DNA from: an uncultured virus (IMG/VR IMGVR_UViG_2937164673_000001)
Taxonomy: Duplodnaviria > Heunggongvirae > Uroviricota > Caudoviricetes
Strand: one strand, 5' to 3'
Virus record (IMG/VR): IMGVR_UViG_2937164673_000001
DNA length: 64,000 bases
Positions within the stretch are counted from its first letter, which is position 1, and each line of letters opens with the position of its first letter. The position numbers and the translations under genes were made by a program. The notes under the pieces are model-generated. The model saw nothing but the letters and a program-made list of their open reading frames with translations. It did no database searches and was not told the origin of the DNA. Positions 50,903 through 60,500 of the stretch are shown here, piece by piece.

Positions 50903-51496
50903 ATGAAGAAAGGAGTAAGAGTGCATATGCCACTTAATGATGACTTAATTAGAGATATTCTGAAAAATGTTGCTATACATGGTGTAAAGGGGAATAACCT
51001 TACTAGCATCATAGCTGAACTTCCTGGATATTCAGAAAAGGCAATTTTGGAAACCCTTAACTGGATGGAAATAAATGATTTCATTGGTAAAACACAATTA
51101 GAAAACTACATTCTATCTTATTATGGACGGTATGTGTTTGGAGTTATCGCCGATGATTCAGTTTGGGAATACGCAAAAAGCGAGTACACCAAACGAAATT
51201 GCAAAACATGGTCTTGGAGTTCTAAGGTTAGAATTGCCACTCAATACCTGAAAAAGTATGATCCTGAGGCTCCTGTAAAATTTGACTATTTGCCATATAA
51301 GAATGAGGAAAAAGGCACCTTATATTACTACAAAGATAAAGAGGGCAATAACATTCCTGCCTTTGGTGATTATAAGGGCGCATCGATTATGATTGACGAC
51401 AAGAATGTTGATCGAGTTTTAGAGTTCTTTCCACAAGCTAAGAATAACTTATATGTGGTATATCAAGGTGTGGAATTCAAGATTAATAATGTTTAA
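50903..51496 (+). CDS. Hypothetical protein (winged-helix-like N terminus)
   Basis: Start likely 50921 or 50927 after AAGGAG; the ORF-track start overlaps the tRNA. Confidence 0.65.
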   Translation: MKKGVRVHMPLNDDLIRDILKNVAIHGVKGNNLTSIIAELPGYSEKAILETLNWMEINDFIGKTQLENYILSYYGRYVFGVIADDSVWEYAKSEYTKRNCKTWSWSSKVRIATQYLKKYDPEAPVKFDYLPYKNEEKGTLYYYKDKEGNNIPAFGDYKGASIMIDDKNVDRVLEFFPQAKNNLYVVYQGVEFKINNV

Positions 51497-51923
51497 CCAT
51501 TTAATGGTGAGAAGTAGGGTAGGACAGCAGGCGACCTAAGCCGCACGAAACTGTCCATGTTGCGGCAGGCAGTTTACTGAAAGTTCTTCTGCCAGTAAAA
51601 TGATTCTTTTATAAAGTTTTTGCGTCTTTAAATTGCTGTTGTAACAGCGATAAGATAATAAACTTATTTATATAATCTGATTACGGCTCACGTAGGGCTT
51701 CGAAATACAGCATAATTACCCACCTCGGTGTTCGTGTGAATACAAAAGAAATAGGTATGACAGATAAGAAAGAGGCTGTCTTGTTCAAGATTAATCAGAT
51801 TAACGTGGAGCTTGACTCCTTAATGGCTTGGGGCGAATTCGTCCTCGTGTTGATGTCTTTTGCTGACAAGTTTCAACCGTCACGTAAAAGCGGAAATGAA
51901 ACGATACATGTATTATGTTTGGA

Positions 51924-51978
51924 AGCCTTGTCTGATGGTGCCAGGAAGATTGATTGGGTTCGATCCCCAACAAGGCTA
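51924..51978 (+). ncRNA. Mini tRNA-like element lacking an anticodon arm
   Basis: AGCCTTG/CAAGGCT acceptor; TTGGG-TTCGATC-CCCAA. Confidence 0.6.
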
Positions 51979-52235
51979 TTTCAGATAGTTCTTTATAGAA
52001 TGGTCAGCTTAAGATCGACTGAACTGTCTGAAAATGATTTGCCTAGTTATAGACCACATCTTCGCAATGCGAAGGTATCTACTAGAAATAGTAGTGATTA
52101 ATCGCGGACAGAATTGCTAAGTTAATGTCCATCAAAAAGATATAAGCTCTAAGAGTAATCAGATTGATACTTAGCACAATCAACAAGCTCTTAACTTATC
52201 AGTTCACCATCTAACGTTTCTGGGTGGATAACTAT

Positions 52236-52307
52236 TGCCTTATCGTCTAATTGGTAGGACACGACTCTTTGGAAGTCGCAATGTTGGTTCGAGACCAGCT
52301 AAGGCAA
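52236..52307 (+). tRNA. tRNA-Gln(TTG)
   Basis: Anticodon loop CTTTGGA; U1-A72 pair. Confidence 0.9.
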
Positions 52308-52619
52308 TTAACTTGATAAATTATCCCTTCGCGGTGGCAAGGTTAGTGTCTCCACCTAAGTTTGCCGAGAATGGGCTGTTTACAGCGCACAAAGTGGAGT
52401 CGGTGCCATTCGGTAATTTATCAAGTTTTGGTTCTAGTGTGCCGTCGCTAGAATTGTATTTCACTTAACGGAGCGGAGAGTAAATCCAGTATGTCCTTGG
52501 AAACATAGACTGTAAAACTGGTGTCTCGAAGTCAACACGAGGGTAGAATACCTGGTATTGTTGGCATGTGATAGCAGCGGGGTGTAGCTGCGAATATAAA
52601 TAAATCACCTCTTTATTAC

Positions 52620-52696
52620 ACTCCAGTAACTCAGTCAGGTTAGAGTGCACAACTTATAATTGTGAGGTCGCTTTGGTTCAAATCCAGCCTGGAGTA
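52620..52696 (+). tRNA. tRNA-Ile(TAT)
   Basis: CACAA-CTTATAA-TTGTG anticodon arm; bulged T stem. Confidence 0.78.
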
Positions 52697-53123
52697 TTGC
52701 CATTATGGCAAAGAACAATCCCTTTGCATTAAAGGTTACGACCGATCGCAGAGGTTTTATCGAGGGGTTATCACATCCCACTTGCTGACCTGAACAGTTT
52801 AATAAAATCAGGATTTTATAAAAGACAGGTACAATATTCGCTGACGGAACGTAGGCATGTGCGGAATCCGTGAGTGGGGCTAGGCTACGCCAACTCTCTA
52901 TCGGTAGACAGTAGCAATTATGTCGGAGATAGGAATGAGTGATGTTAAGGTCTTGAAATGAGTCTCCCTTAACAAGAACATATCAAAACATTCAGCGAGT
53001 AACGACAGCGCCCCTTAGCAGGGATAAGGACTATGCCCATCCTATGAAGCTAGTAGGAATAAATGTGGAATAAGGCAAAAGCTGTTAGGGGTTCCACCAG
53101 AATAAATATTTTGATATATAAGT

Positions 53124-53197
53124 AACACATTAGCTCAGCTAGGTAGAGCACTTACCGAAATGGTAAGAGGTCACAGGTTCAAATCCTGTATGTGTTA
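53124..53197 (+). tRNA. tRNA with non-canonical anticodon loop (CGAAATG)
   Basis: Canonical acceptor, D and T arms; no U33, and the loop can pair further. Confidence 0.65.
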
Positions 53198-53259
53198 TAG
53201 ACTTCATTAAGAAGTCGATTTGAGTTATTATTTGGAGTTATGATTTAAAGCTCTATTCT

Positions 53260-53634
53260 GGGGTAGTTTATGGATTCGACAGTCAGACAAAGCCCTAAAT
53301 ACGACTTACGGAAGATAACGCCGAAATACTTTCATTTAAATATAAAAGCAAATAACCATAGAGTTACAGCTTTAGCTGCCTAGCTTATAGGCACTTGGTT
53401 AATATCTTGATACCAGATAAGGATATTAACTATCATATTTCACCCCTCTGGTCTTAGTTCATGATTTGCTAGTTTGAGTGTGACTAAGTATTAAAACTAG
53501 CTAGACTAGGTAGTTTTTGGAAAATTACTATGTAACGTTCCCTAAGTCGAAAATTTAGAACATAGTCCTATTAAGTCTAAAATGTATTTGGAAACTGGTT
53601 TGGTTGGACACGGGTTCGACTCCCGTCTACTCCA
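53260..53634 (+). ncRNA. ssrA: tmRNA
   Basis: 5' GGGGTAGTTTATGGATTCGAC; tag ORF ANNHRVTALAA*; 3' GGACACGGGTTCGACTCCCGTCTACTCCA. Confidence 0.93.
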
Positions 53635-53638
53635 TATT

Positions 53639-53762
53639 CACAACTCTTTCAGGTTGCGGGTTCGAGTCCCGTCTCCGGCACGTGATACATGGTCACAATA
53701 GTTGCCAGAGTAGCTCAATCCTATACTGCTAAAAGGTATACGGCAGAGCGGTCAGACTTGTG
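53639..53762 (+). ncRNA. Circularly permuted tRNA mimic (YrlA/Y-RNA-like topology)
   Basis: T arm precedes a closed acceptor-like stem, then the D arm; terminal CACAA/TTGTG stem. Confidence 0.65.
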
Positions 53763-53981
53763 AAGAAGACGTGTATCCGTCTATAAATGGAAACGTGGCA
53801 TCTAAGGTTACACCACCGTTAATATGTAGCTGGAAGAGGGTAGCTCCCTCATTTGTTAGAAATTTCTTTTAGAAAACCATGGCGATTTAGGTAAACGTAG
53901 AACCTAGCTCCTATCCGTGTAATAAATTTGTGAGCTTAAAACAAGATCTTATGGAATGTTGGTGAGTGTACAAAGCCGACA

Positions 53982-54041
53982 GAGGTAGTAGTTCAATTGG
54001 TAGATCATGCTAGGATGTGGGTTCGATTCCCATCTACCTCA
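53982..54041 (+). ncRNA. 60-nt tRNA mimic without an anticodon arm
   Basis: GAGGTAG/CTACCTC acceptor, D arm, T arm GTGGG-TTCGATT-CCCAT. Confidence 0.7.
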
Positions 54042-54167
54042 TAGCTATAATTAGCGAAATTCTTTATTACGTATTTACAAACGAGACATACAAATAAAGC
54101 GTCACTTTGCGAGATTGGTTAGAATCTGGTGACGCTTTTTGTATACAAAAATTTAAGAGGAGGAAAG

Positions 54168-55118
54168 ATGGCCGTGGAATTAACTTATCGTAAATTTCCT
54201 AAGATTTACCGTTTAGAGCAAGAAGAGGCAAACTCGAAGCATGAAGGAGTAGCCAGTCTTTTAGAACAGAATAAAGCAGGTAACTACTATGTTGCTACTG
54301 AAAAGATTGATGGTGCTAATAGTTGTATAGAGGTTCTTAAAAGGGACGGAAAAATTGACTTTGCAATTTATTCACATCGTCAAAGACTTAGTGAGGACAA
54401 TACTTTGCGAGGCTTTTACGAATACGCACAAGAGGTCTTAATTCCAAAGTTAATGGAATTCTATAAGAATATTGACGAGGCACATGACTATCTCTATGGG
54501 GAATGGCTGGTATCTCATCGAGTTGAATATCAACAAAAAATGTACAACCATTGGTATTTCTTTAGTTTTTATGATGATCTATTCGGTCATGAATATAATT
54601 TCTTTGAACGTACTGCTTTTGCCGATCGAGTAGGGTTAAGACAGCCGAATGTAGTTAGTATGGCAAACTACACTTTAACCAAAGAAGATATCAAGACGAT
54701 GGTTGGAAGATCAATGATTACAAAGGAACCAGATCATGGTGAAGGAATAGTTATCGAATGTGATGGCGTTCGAGCAAAGGTAGTGTCTGATAAGTTTAAA
54801 GAAACTCGAAAGCAAAAGAAACCACAGCCATCTCAGACCGAAAGCGAGAAGTTCATTGATGAGACAATTACGGAAGCTCGCATTACCAAAATGATTGAAA
54901 AGTTTAAAGATGAAAATCTTTTACCAGATGTAATTGATTTTGAACATTTTGGTGATATTGCTAGACCACTAGCCAATGCGTTGTGGAATGATGTCATTGA
55001 AGAAGAAGGCAGCAATGCACCAGAATTGTTTGATGTGAAGAAGGCACGCAAACGATTAAATAAGATTATCTCAAAATATGTCCGAGAATTAATTGAAAAT
55101 GAAATGATGAGTGTTTAA
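54168..55118 (+). CDS. ATP-dependent RNA ligase (Rnl2-like)
   Basis: Motif I EKIDGAN; YGEW; EGIVI; AKVVSDKFKE. Confidence 0.85.
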   Translation: MAVELTYRKFPKIYRLEQEEANSKHEGVASLLEQNKAGNYYVATEKIDGANSCIEVLKRDGKIDFAIYSHRQRLSEDNTLRGFYEYAQEVLIPKLMEFYKNIDEAHDYLYGEWLVSHRVEYQQKMYNHWYFFSFYDDLFGHEYNFFERTAFADRVGLRQPNVVSMANYTLTKEDIKTMVGRSMITKEPDHGEGIVIECDGVRAKVVSDKFKETRKQKKPQPSQTESEKFIDETITEARITKMIEKFKDENLLPDVIDFEHFGDIARPLANALWNDVIEEEGSNAPELFDVKKARKRLNKIISKYVRELIENEMMSV

Positions 55119-55132
55119 AAAAGAAAGGAGAC

Positions 55133-55846
55133 ATGTGTTTGAAAGAAGCCGAATGTTATCCAGGCAAAAAGGTTGGAAGATTGACGTTGATTGAGAAGAG
55201 AAGAATTCCTAATGGTCGTTACACAAGGGGCGGTTGGCTATGTCGTTGTGATTGCGGTACCGAGAAGGTGTTTCGAACTGATGGGCTAGGTGTAAGTGCG
55301 ATTTCGTGTGGATGCTATAACAGGGAAAACAATTATGCTTCGGCAAACAACCCGCTACACAAAAAATACACATACAGTGATAGTCAGATGTCTAGCCCGT
55401 ACAAACGTCTTTACGATGTTTGGAAACATATGTTGGGGCGATGCTACAACTCAAATGATAGCTCTTATTCCAACTATGGTGGTAGAGGAATTAAAGTTTG
55501 CGACGACTGGCATACTTATCGCGAGTTTCGTGAGTGGGCACTAGCTAACGGCTTTGACAAGTCGAAAACTGGGCAAGAACAATCAATTGATCGAATTAAC
55601 GTAAATGGCAATTATGAGCCAAGTAATTGTCGGTGGGCTTCTAAACTTACGCAATCATATAACAAGCGTAACAATGTATACATAACGTTGAATGGGAAGA
55701 CGTACACATATCGGGAACTGTCGCAGGAAACAGGTATCGATAGACTTACACTATATGCCCGCTATAAAAAAGGTAAGAGAGGGGCAGAATTAACAGCTCC
55801 GATTAATGAGAAGATGTCGCACAAAAGAAAGGTAGTTGAAGTATAA
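55133..55846 (+). CDS. Free-standing HNH homing endonuclease-like protein
   Basis: CRCDCG, SCGC, YGGRGIKVC, SIDRINVNGNYEPSNCRW. Confidence 0.8.
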   Translation: MCLKEAECYPGKKVGRLTLIEKRRIPNGRYTRGGWLCRCDCGTEKVFRTDGLGVSAISCGCYNRENNYASANNPLHKKYTYSDSQMSSPYKRLYDVWKHMLGRCYNSNDSSYSNYGGRGIKVCDDWHTYREFREWALANGFDKSKTGQEQSIDRINVNGNYEPSNCRWASKLTQSYNKRNNVYITLNGKTYTYRELSQETGIDRLTLYARYKKGKRGAELTAPINEKMSHKRKVVEV

Positions 55847-55849
55847 ATT

Positions 55850-56587
55850 ATGTTATATATTCTAGGAAGCATCGGCGCTGGGAAGACAACATTAACACAA
55901 ATGTTAGCAAAAGACATGGGTGTTAAAGCCTATTACGAAGACGTAAACAATGGTTTGGTCAAAGATATGTTGGAGGAGTTTTATTCTGCTGGTATTGAAA
56001 GTCGTAAGCGGGTCAGCGCTATGCTCCAAGTGGCATTTCTGACCGTAAGATTTCAACAGGCACTAAAGGCGGTTCGTGAAAAGAACGCCATCCTGGATTC
56101 GAATCTCACATCCGATTTTATAATGTGTACTCATCTATACGAACGTGGAGAGATGGATTACGCCTCATATAAAGCATATATGGCTCTTAATCAAATCATG
56201 CAAGGGCAATTAGACAGTGAACCATATAATGGCAAGCCCGATGTGATCGTCTATTTAGATATTGATCCAGAGCATGAACTTGACGAAATTCAAAAACGTG
56301 GACGAGATATGGAAGATGTTCGCAAGGATCCCAAACTGGTTGATTATTATCACTCTGTAAATCGAGCTTACAAGAATTGGGCTGCTGGCGGTTATGTTCA
56401 AGCACCATTGTTAAAGGTTGATCGTGACAAGTATGATTTCGTCAATAATATTGAGGATCGTAATGCAGTGCTCGACATGATCGAACAAACTCTGGTCGAT
56501 TACGGCAAGCTTACCGAAGCCGAGTTTGAACAAATTAAAGCTGAACGCGCTGAAAAGTTTAACGATCCAGCTCCAGTCGCAGCTTAG
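55850..56587 (+). CDS. Deoxynucleoside kinase
   Basis: GSIGAGKTT, YYE, LQVAFLTVRF, PDVIVYL, IQKRGRDME. Confidence 0.9.
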   Translation: MLYILGSIGAGKTTLTQMLAKDMGVKAYYEDVNNGLVKDMLEEFYSAGIESRKRVSAMLQVAFLTVRFQQALKAVREKNAILDSNLTSDFIMCTHLYERGEMDYASYKAYMALNQIMQGQLDSEPYNGKPDVIVYLDIDPEHELDEIQKRGRDMEDVRKDPKLVDYYHSVNRAYKNWAAGGYVQAPLLKVDRDKYDFVNNIEDRNAVLDMIEQTLVDYGKLTEAEFEQIKAERAEKFNDPAPVAA

Positions 56588-56653
56588 CACATAACAAACA
56601 TATTTAAACAAAAGGGACACTCCCCTTATACATATAACCGAGGAGGAACAACA

Positions 56654-57149
56654 ATGCTTACGTACGAAAAAGATATTAAACCAATTAAAATTACTGCTCG
56701 CGAAGCATATAAGCAATCTGTTGGTACCGAAGAATATCTCAATACTTTAAAAGATGTTTACTCTGATATTCAAGGCAATATTGATGATGGCTATACAAAT
56801 GCCCACTTCTTTTATGACTCAATGAGCCTAGTAAATCGGGTATATCGTGAGCTGCTTGCCCAAGACTACAACTTAACTCTTGAAAAAGAAAAGACTTGCT
56901 ATCACTTAACTGTTGACTGGTCTGATGTAGATCTTGATCCTAATAAAAAATACATTTTACCGCTGGAAGAAGCAGAGACAACTGACGGTGCATACTATTA
57001 CGCAGTTCGAGATGGTGGTAAGTGGCAAATTGCGGTTTCCTACAATCCAAGTGAGTTGGAGGCATTTTAGATTTACCGTCACCGCCAAAGATATTGAAGA
57101 AGCACCAGAATGGGTAAAGGCGATTGAACCAGTGGAGGTAGAAGGCTAA
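56654..57149 (+). CDS. Hypothetical protein split by a +1 frameshift, paralog of 58190-58804
   Basis: Shared DPxKKYILP and PxWVKAIxPxEV; the second motif lies in the +1 frame after TTT TAG at 57065-57070. Confidence 0.65.
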
Positions 57150-57565
57150 TGACCAATAAAGAGATCAATGCTGAAAAAATAAATGTTGAATTATTTGAAT
57201 TAGAAAATAAGATGAAAAAACTACAAGAATTCGTTGATAGTGATGATTTCTTAAGCATTTCAACCATTAATCAAATGTTGTTGGCTAATCAAATGGTTGG
57301 TATGGCAATGTATAGAGATAGTCTGCATAAACGCATTAAATTAGCAGAAAATAATATTAAATATACTGTTCAAGTATTACCTCAGAGCAACGGGTATTTA
57401 AATCTAAACAGACGTGAACAGGTATGGTACTTATTACCGAATAATAATGTGGGAGATTATCAAACCCATTTTACACAATCGGAAATTAATGAAATGAAAG
57501 ACAATCCATTCTTTGCCGCTATTAATTGGGACAACGTGAAGATTGAACCAGTAGAGGACAAGTAA
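57149..57565 (+). CDS. Hypothetical protein, paralog of 59333-59674
   Basis: Shared KYTVQVxP...GYLN...QTHFTQxEI...WD...EPV C-terminal domain. Confidence 0.7.
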   Translation: MTNKEINAEKINVELFELENKMKKLQEFVDSDDFLSISTINQMLLANQMVGMAMYRDSLHKRIKLAENNIKYTVQVLPQSNGYLNLNRREQVWYLLPNNNVGDYQTHFTQSEINEMKDNPFFAAINWDNVKIEPVEDK

Positions 57566-57571
57566 TAGCTA

Positions 57572-60500
57572 ATGTCTAAAAAGGTATTAGAAGGAGTTAT
57601 TCTCACATATGCAAATTTAACCTTGGCTATATGCTATCCAATATTAGCATTGCTTAGATTAATTGGAATTGCTTTTTATGAGTTGATTGTATTGCTTTTC
57701 TACATTCTCTCTTATCCCGCTAATGTAAGCCTTACAAAATGGAAATGGGGAGTCATGTCATATGAAAATTTCTCATGCAAAATGGATGAAATAAATTTCG
57801 CTGACGTTAAAGATCATTACAAATGGATCTTTCAAAAGTATATTTTGCGAAAAGAAAACAAGAAGAAGTCAATTCGTGTGGAGGAGTAAGTTTGAATAAG
57901 TTAAGTTTTCTCTCCGGCTTTTGCTATGGAGTAAGTGTTATGGTTGCAGGGCTAATTATTGCATCATGGATAGCAGCTACTATAAATAACTTTGCATTAG
58001 TGTCAAAAATAACTGTTTGGATTTATTTGATTGCCATGTTTGTCGGAATTATTTGTAACTTTATTATAGTTAGGAGATTTAAATGATTCGTATATGTCTT
58101 GATTGTGGTGAACGTTTCTTTGTCGAAGATACTGATGAATTAGATGTTTGTCCTTATTGTTGGAGTGATGAATTACAGGAGGTGGCTTAATGGGATTATT
58201 TGATCATTTTAAGTCTAAAGATATTGAATCAATGGACGAATTAAAACAAATGGATCTTAAGCCTAAAAGAAACGATAAAGTTTTGACGGCTGATGAGGCT
58301 TTTAAGAAGTCTATCCAAGCCCAAGATACACATAATAAAGAAGTATTATCTTCTGTATTTGAGCGTATTAATCATGCTGTTGATACTGGTATAAGATCAA
58401 TAACTTTGTCAGATGACTGGGGTAGCGGTTTTACATTAAGTGATTTTAGATCTTTGGAAAAGTTGTTACCTAAGTATGGCTTTAAAGTGAGGGTTGAAAA
58501 AGAAGATAGTACATTTGATGCTTTTTTAACAATTTCTTGGGATAAAGAAAACTATAAAAAGGACAAATCAAATGGTCCCAAAATCGACCCAGATAAAAAG
58601 TATATTTTACCAATGGAAGGCACTGACTGGATAGACAAGGGCGTTAGGCACTATGCGACTATTCATGAAAATTATTGGGAACCACTAAAGTGGACTGGTG
58701 GATTTTTGCCACCTTATGGACTCCTTTATGAAGTTCAAGGCAGAGATATTCTTGATGGACCCGACTGGGTTAAAGCTATCAAACCAATTGAGGTGAAAGA
58801 ATAGTATGTCTGAACAATTCTACTTAATACGAACAGATCAATACAATTCGTCTGAGTGGGGATTACTAACAGAATATCAATTTGATTATAACGATCATTT
58901 AATTAAACATATGTATTATAAAAATGACCATCAAGCAGTAAGACAAGGTGCTGTTGTTTCAGCGTCAGTCTTAGAAACGGGTTATGGTCCCCAAGGGTTA
59001 GTACAATATTTTATATCTCTAAGAGATGAAATAACTCCTGTTAAAGCAATGAAGTACAAAGGGTGTTGGGATTCCCAATGGGGTAACTTAAAGGAGCTTG
59101 AAGATAAATCGAGTGTTCCATTACCCGGTACAATTTGGGGAGGAAGAAAATTCAAAACCCGGAATATTAAAAACGGGAACTGGGTATTTGAAGATGTCAA
59201 AGGCCGTATATGGATAGCCCCTAATCATCCATGGGGATTAGTTTCGTTTTTAGAAGAAAATTTTGGAACTCAAAGTGCAGACTCTAATGCCACGGAAGTA
59301 GATAATCCAGAATACGATGAGGTGGAAGAATAATGGATACAAAATTAATTGATGACCAAATTAATCAATTAGAGGCTGTCATGGATGTACATGAGGGGAC
59401 TCCGGCTATCCTTGTCGAGGACGCATTAAGTTGGCTCTATAAAGTTCGTGGACAAATTTTGAGTAATCAAAAATATACTGTACAAGTCTTTCCTGGCGAA
59501 CGTGGATATTTAAATGTTTTTCAGGGTGAAGATATTGTTCTTAACAACATTGATAAAGATAGTGATTTTCAAACTCATTTCACTCAAGAAGAAATTGATA
59601 AGTTAAAAGAACGAAAAGATTTAGCAATCGACTGGGATAAAGCAATTATTGAACCAGTAAGGGAGGAAGATTAATGCACATTTACGAAGTGGTAGCACTT
59701 AAAGATAATATTGCGTTTAAAGGAATTGAAAGTAGCGTGGTAATTGCTAGATCGCCAGAAAATGCAGTACGCCTAGTAGTAAATAGCTGTAATGATATGG
59801 CTGGTTTTGAGCGTTATAAAACAAGTGACTTTGCGGCTAGTAGTCCAATTGACCCAAATGATTATGCCGAAGAAACGATTATTAATTAAGGAGCGTCTTA
59901 AATGAAAGCATTTCGAGGAAGACCAGTATCAGGTAATTTTTCATGGCTAACGACAATCAACCTGAAACATCAAGCACTTATGTCATTTCCGGGTAAAGTT
60001 GAGAATATTACCGAACCAATTAAGGGAGTGTGCACGATTGACTTCGGGAATGACGGATCATTTACTTGCAAACTTGAAGATTTAAATAGTATTACAACAA
60101 CGCCAATGATGCTAGACAACATAATGAGAATGTAATAATGGAGGATTTTAGATGGGAGTTAAGAACTTTCCGCTTTATAAAGTAACAGAACATGCTAAAG
60201 AACGAATCTTAACACGCTTCAATATCACTAAAACTGAATTTGATGGTTGGATGAGTCGTTTATTATCTCAAGGTGAATTCGTTGAGAAACAGAATAATAA
60301 TCGTGAAAAGTATCGACTACACGATATTGTGTTTGTTATTGATACACGCCAGAAACAGGTTATTACTGTTTATTCAGAAAATGAGCATGACGATAACGGG
60401 TTCAAGGTGAATACTAATCCAGAAGTGAAATCGGCTATTAATAAAGCATTGGATTTGTTAATAAAGCAGAAGAAAGTTCGAACTGCCGGGAAAATCTACG

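Noticed and set aside
51736..52468. ORFs 51736-52101 and 52235-52468
   Set aside because: They overlap tRNA or tRNA-like structures and lack a convincing RBS
52328..53110. RNase P RNA or SRP RNA
   Set aside because: I did not find the GAGGAAAGTCC or SRP domain IV signatures
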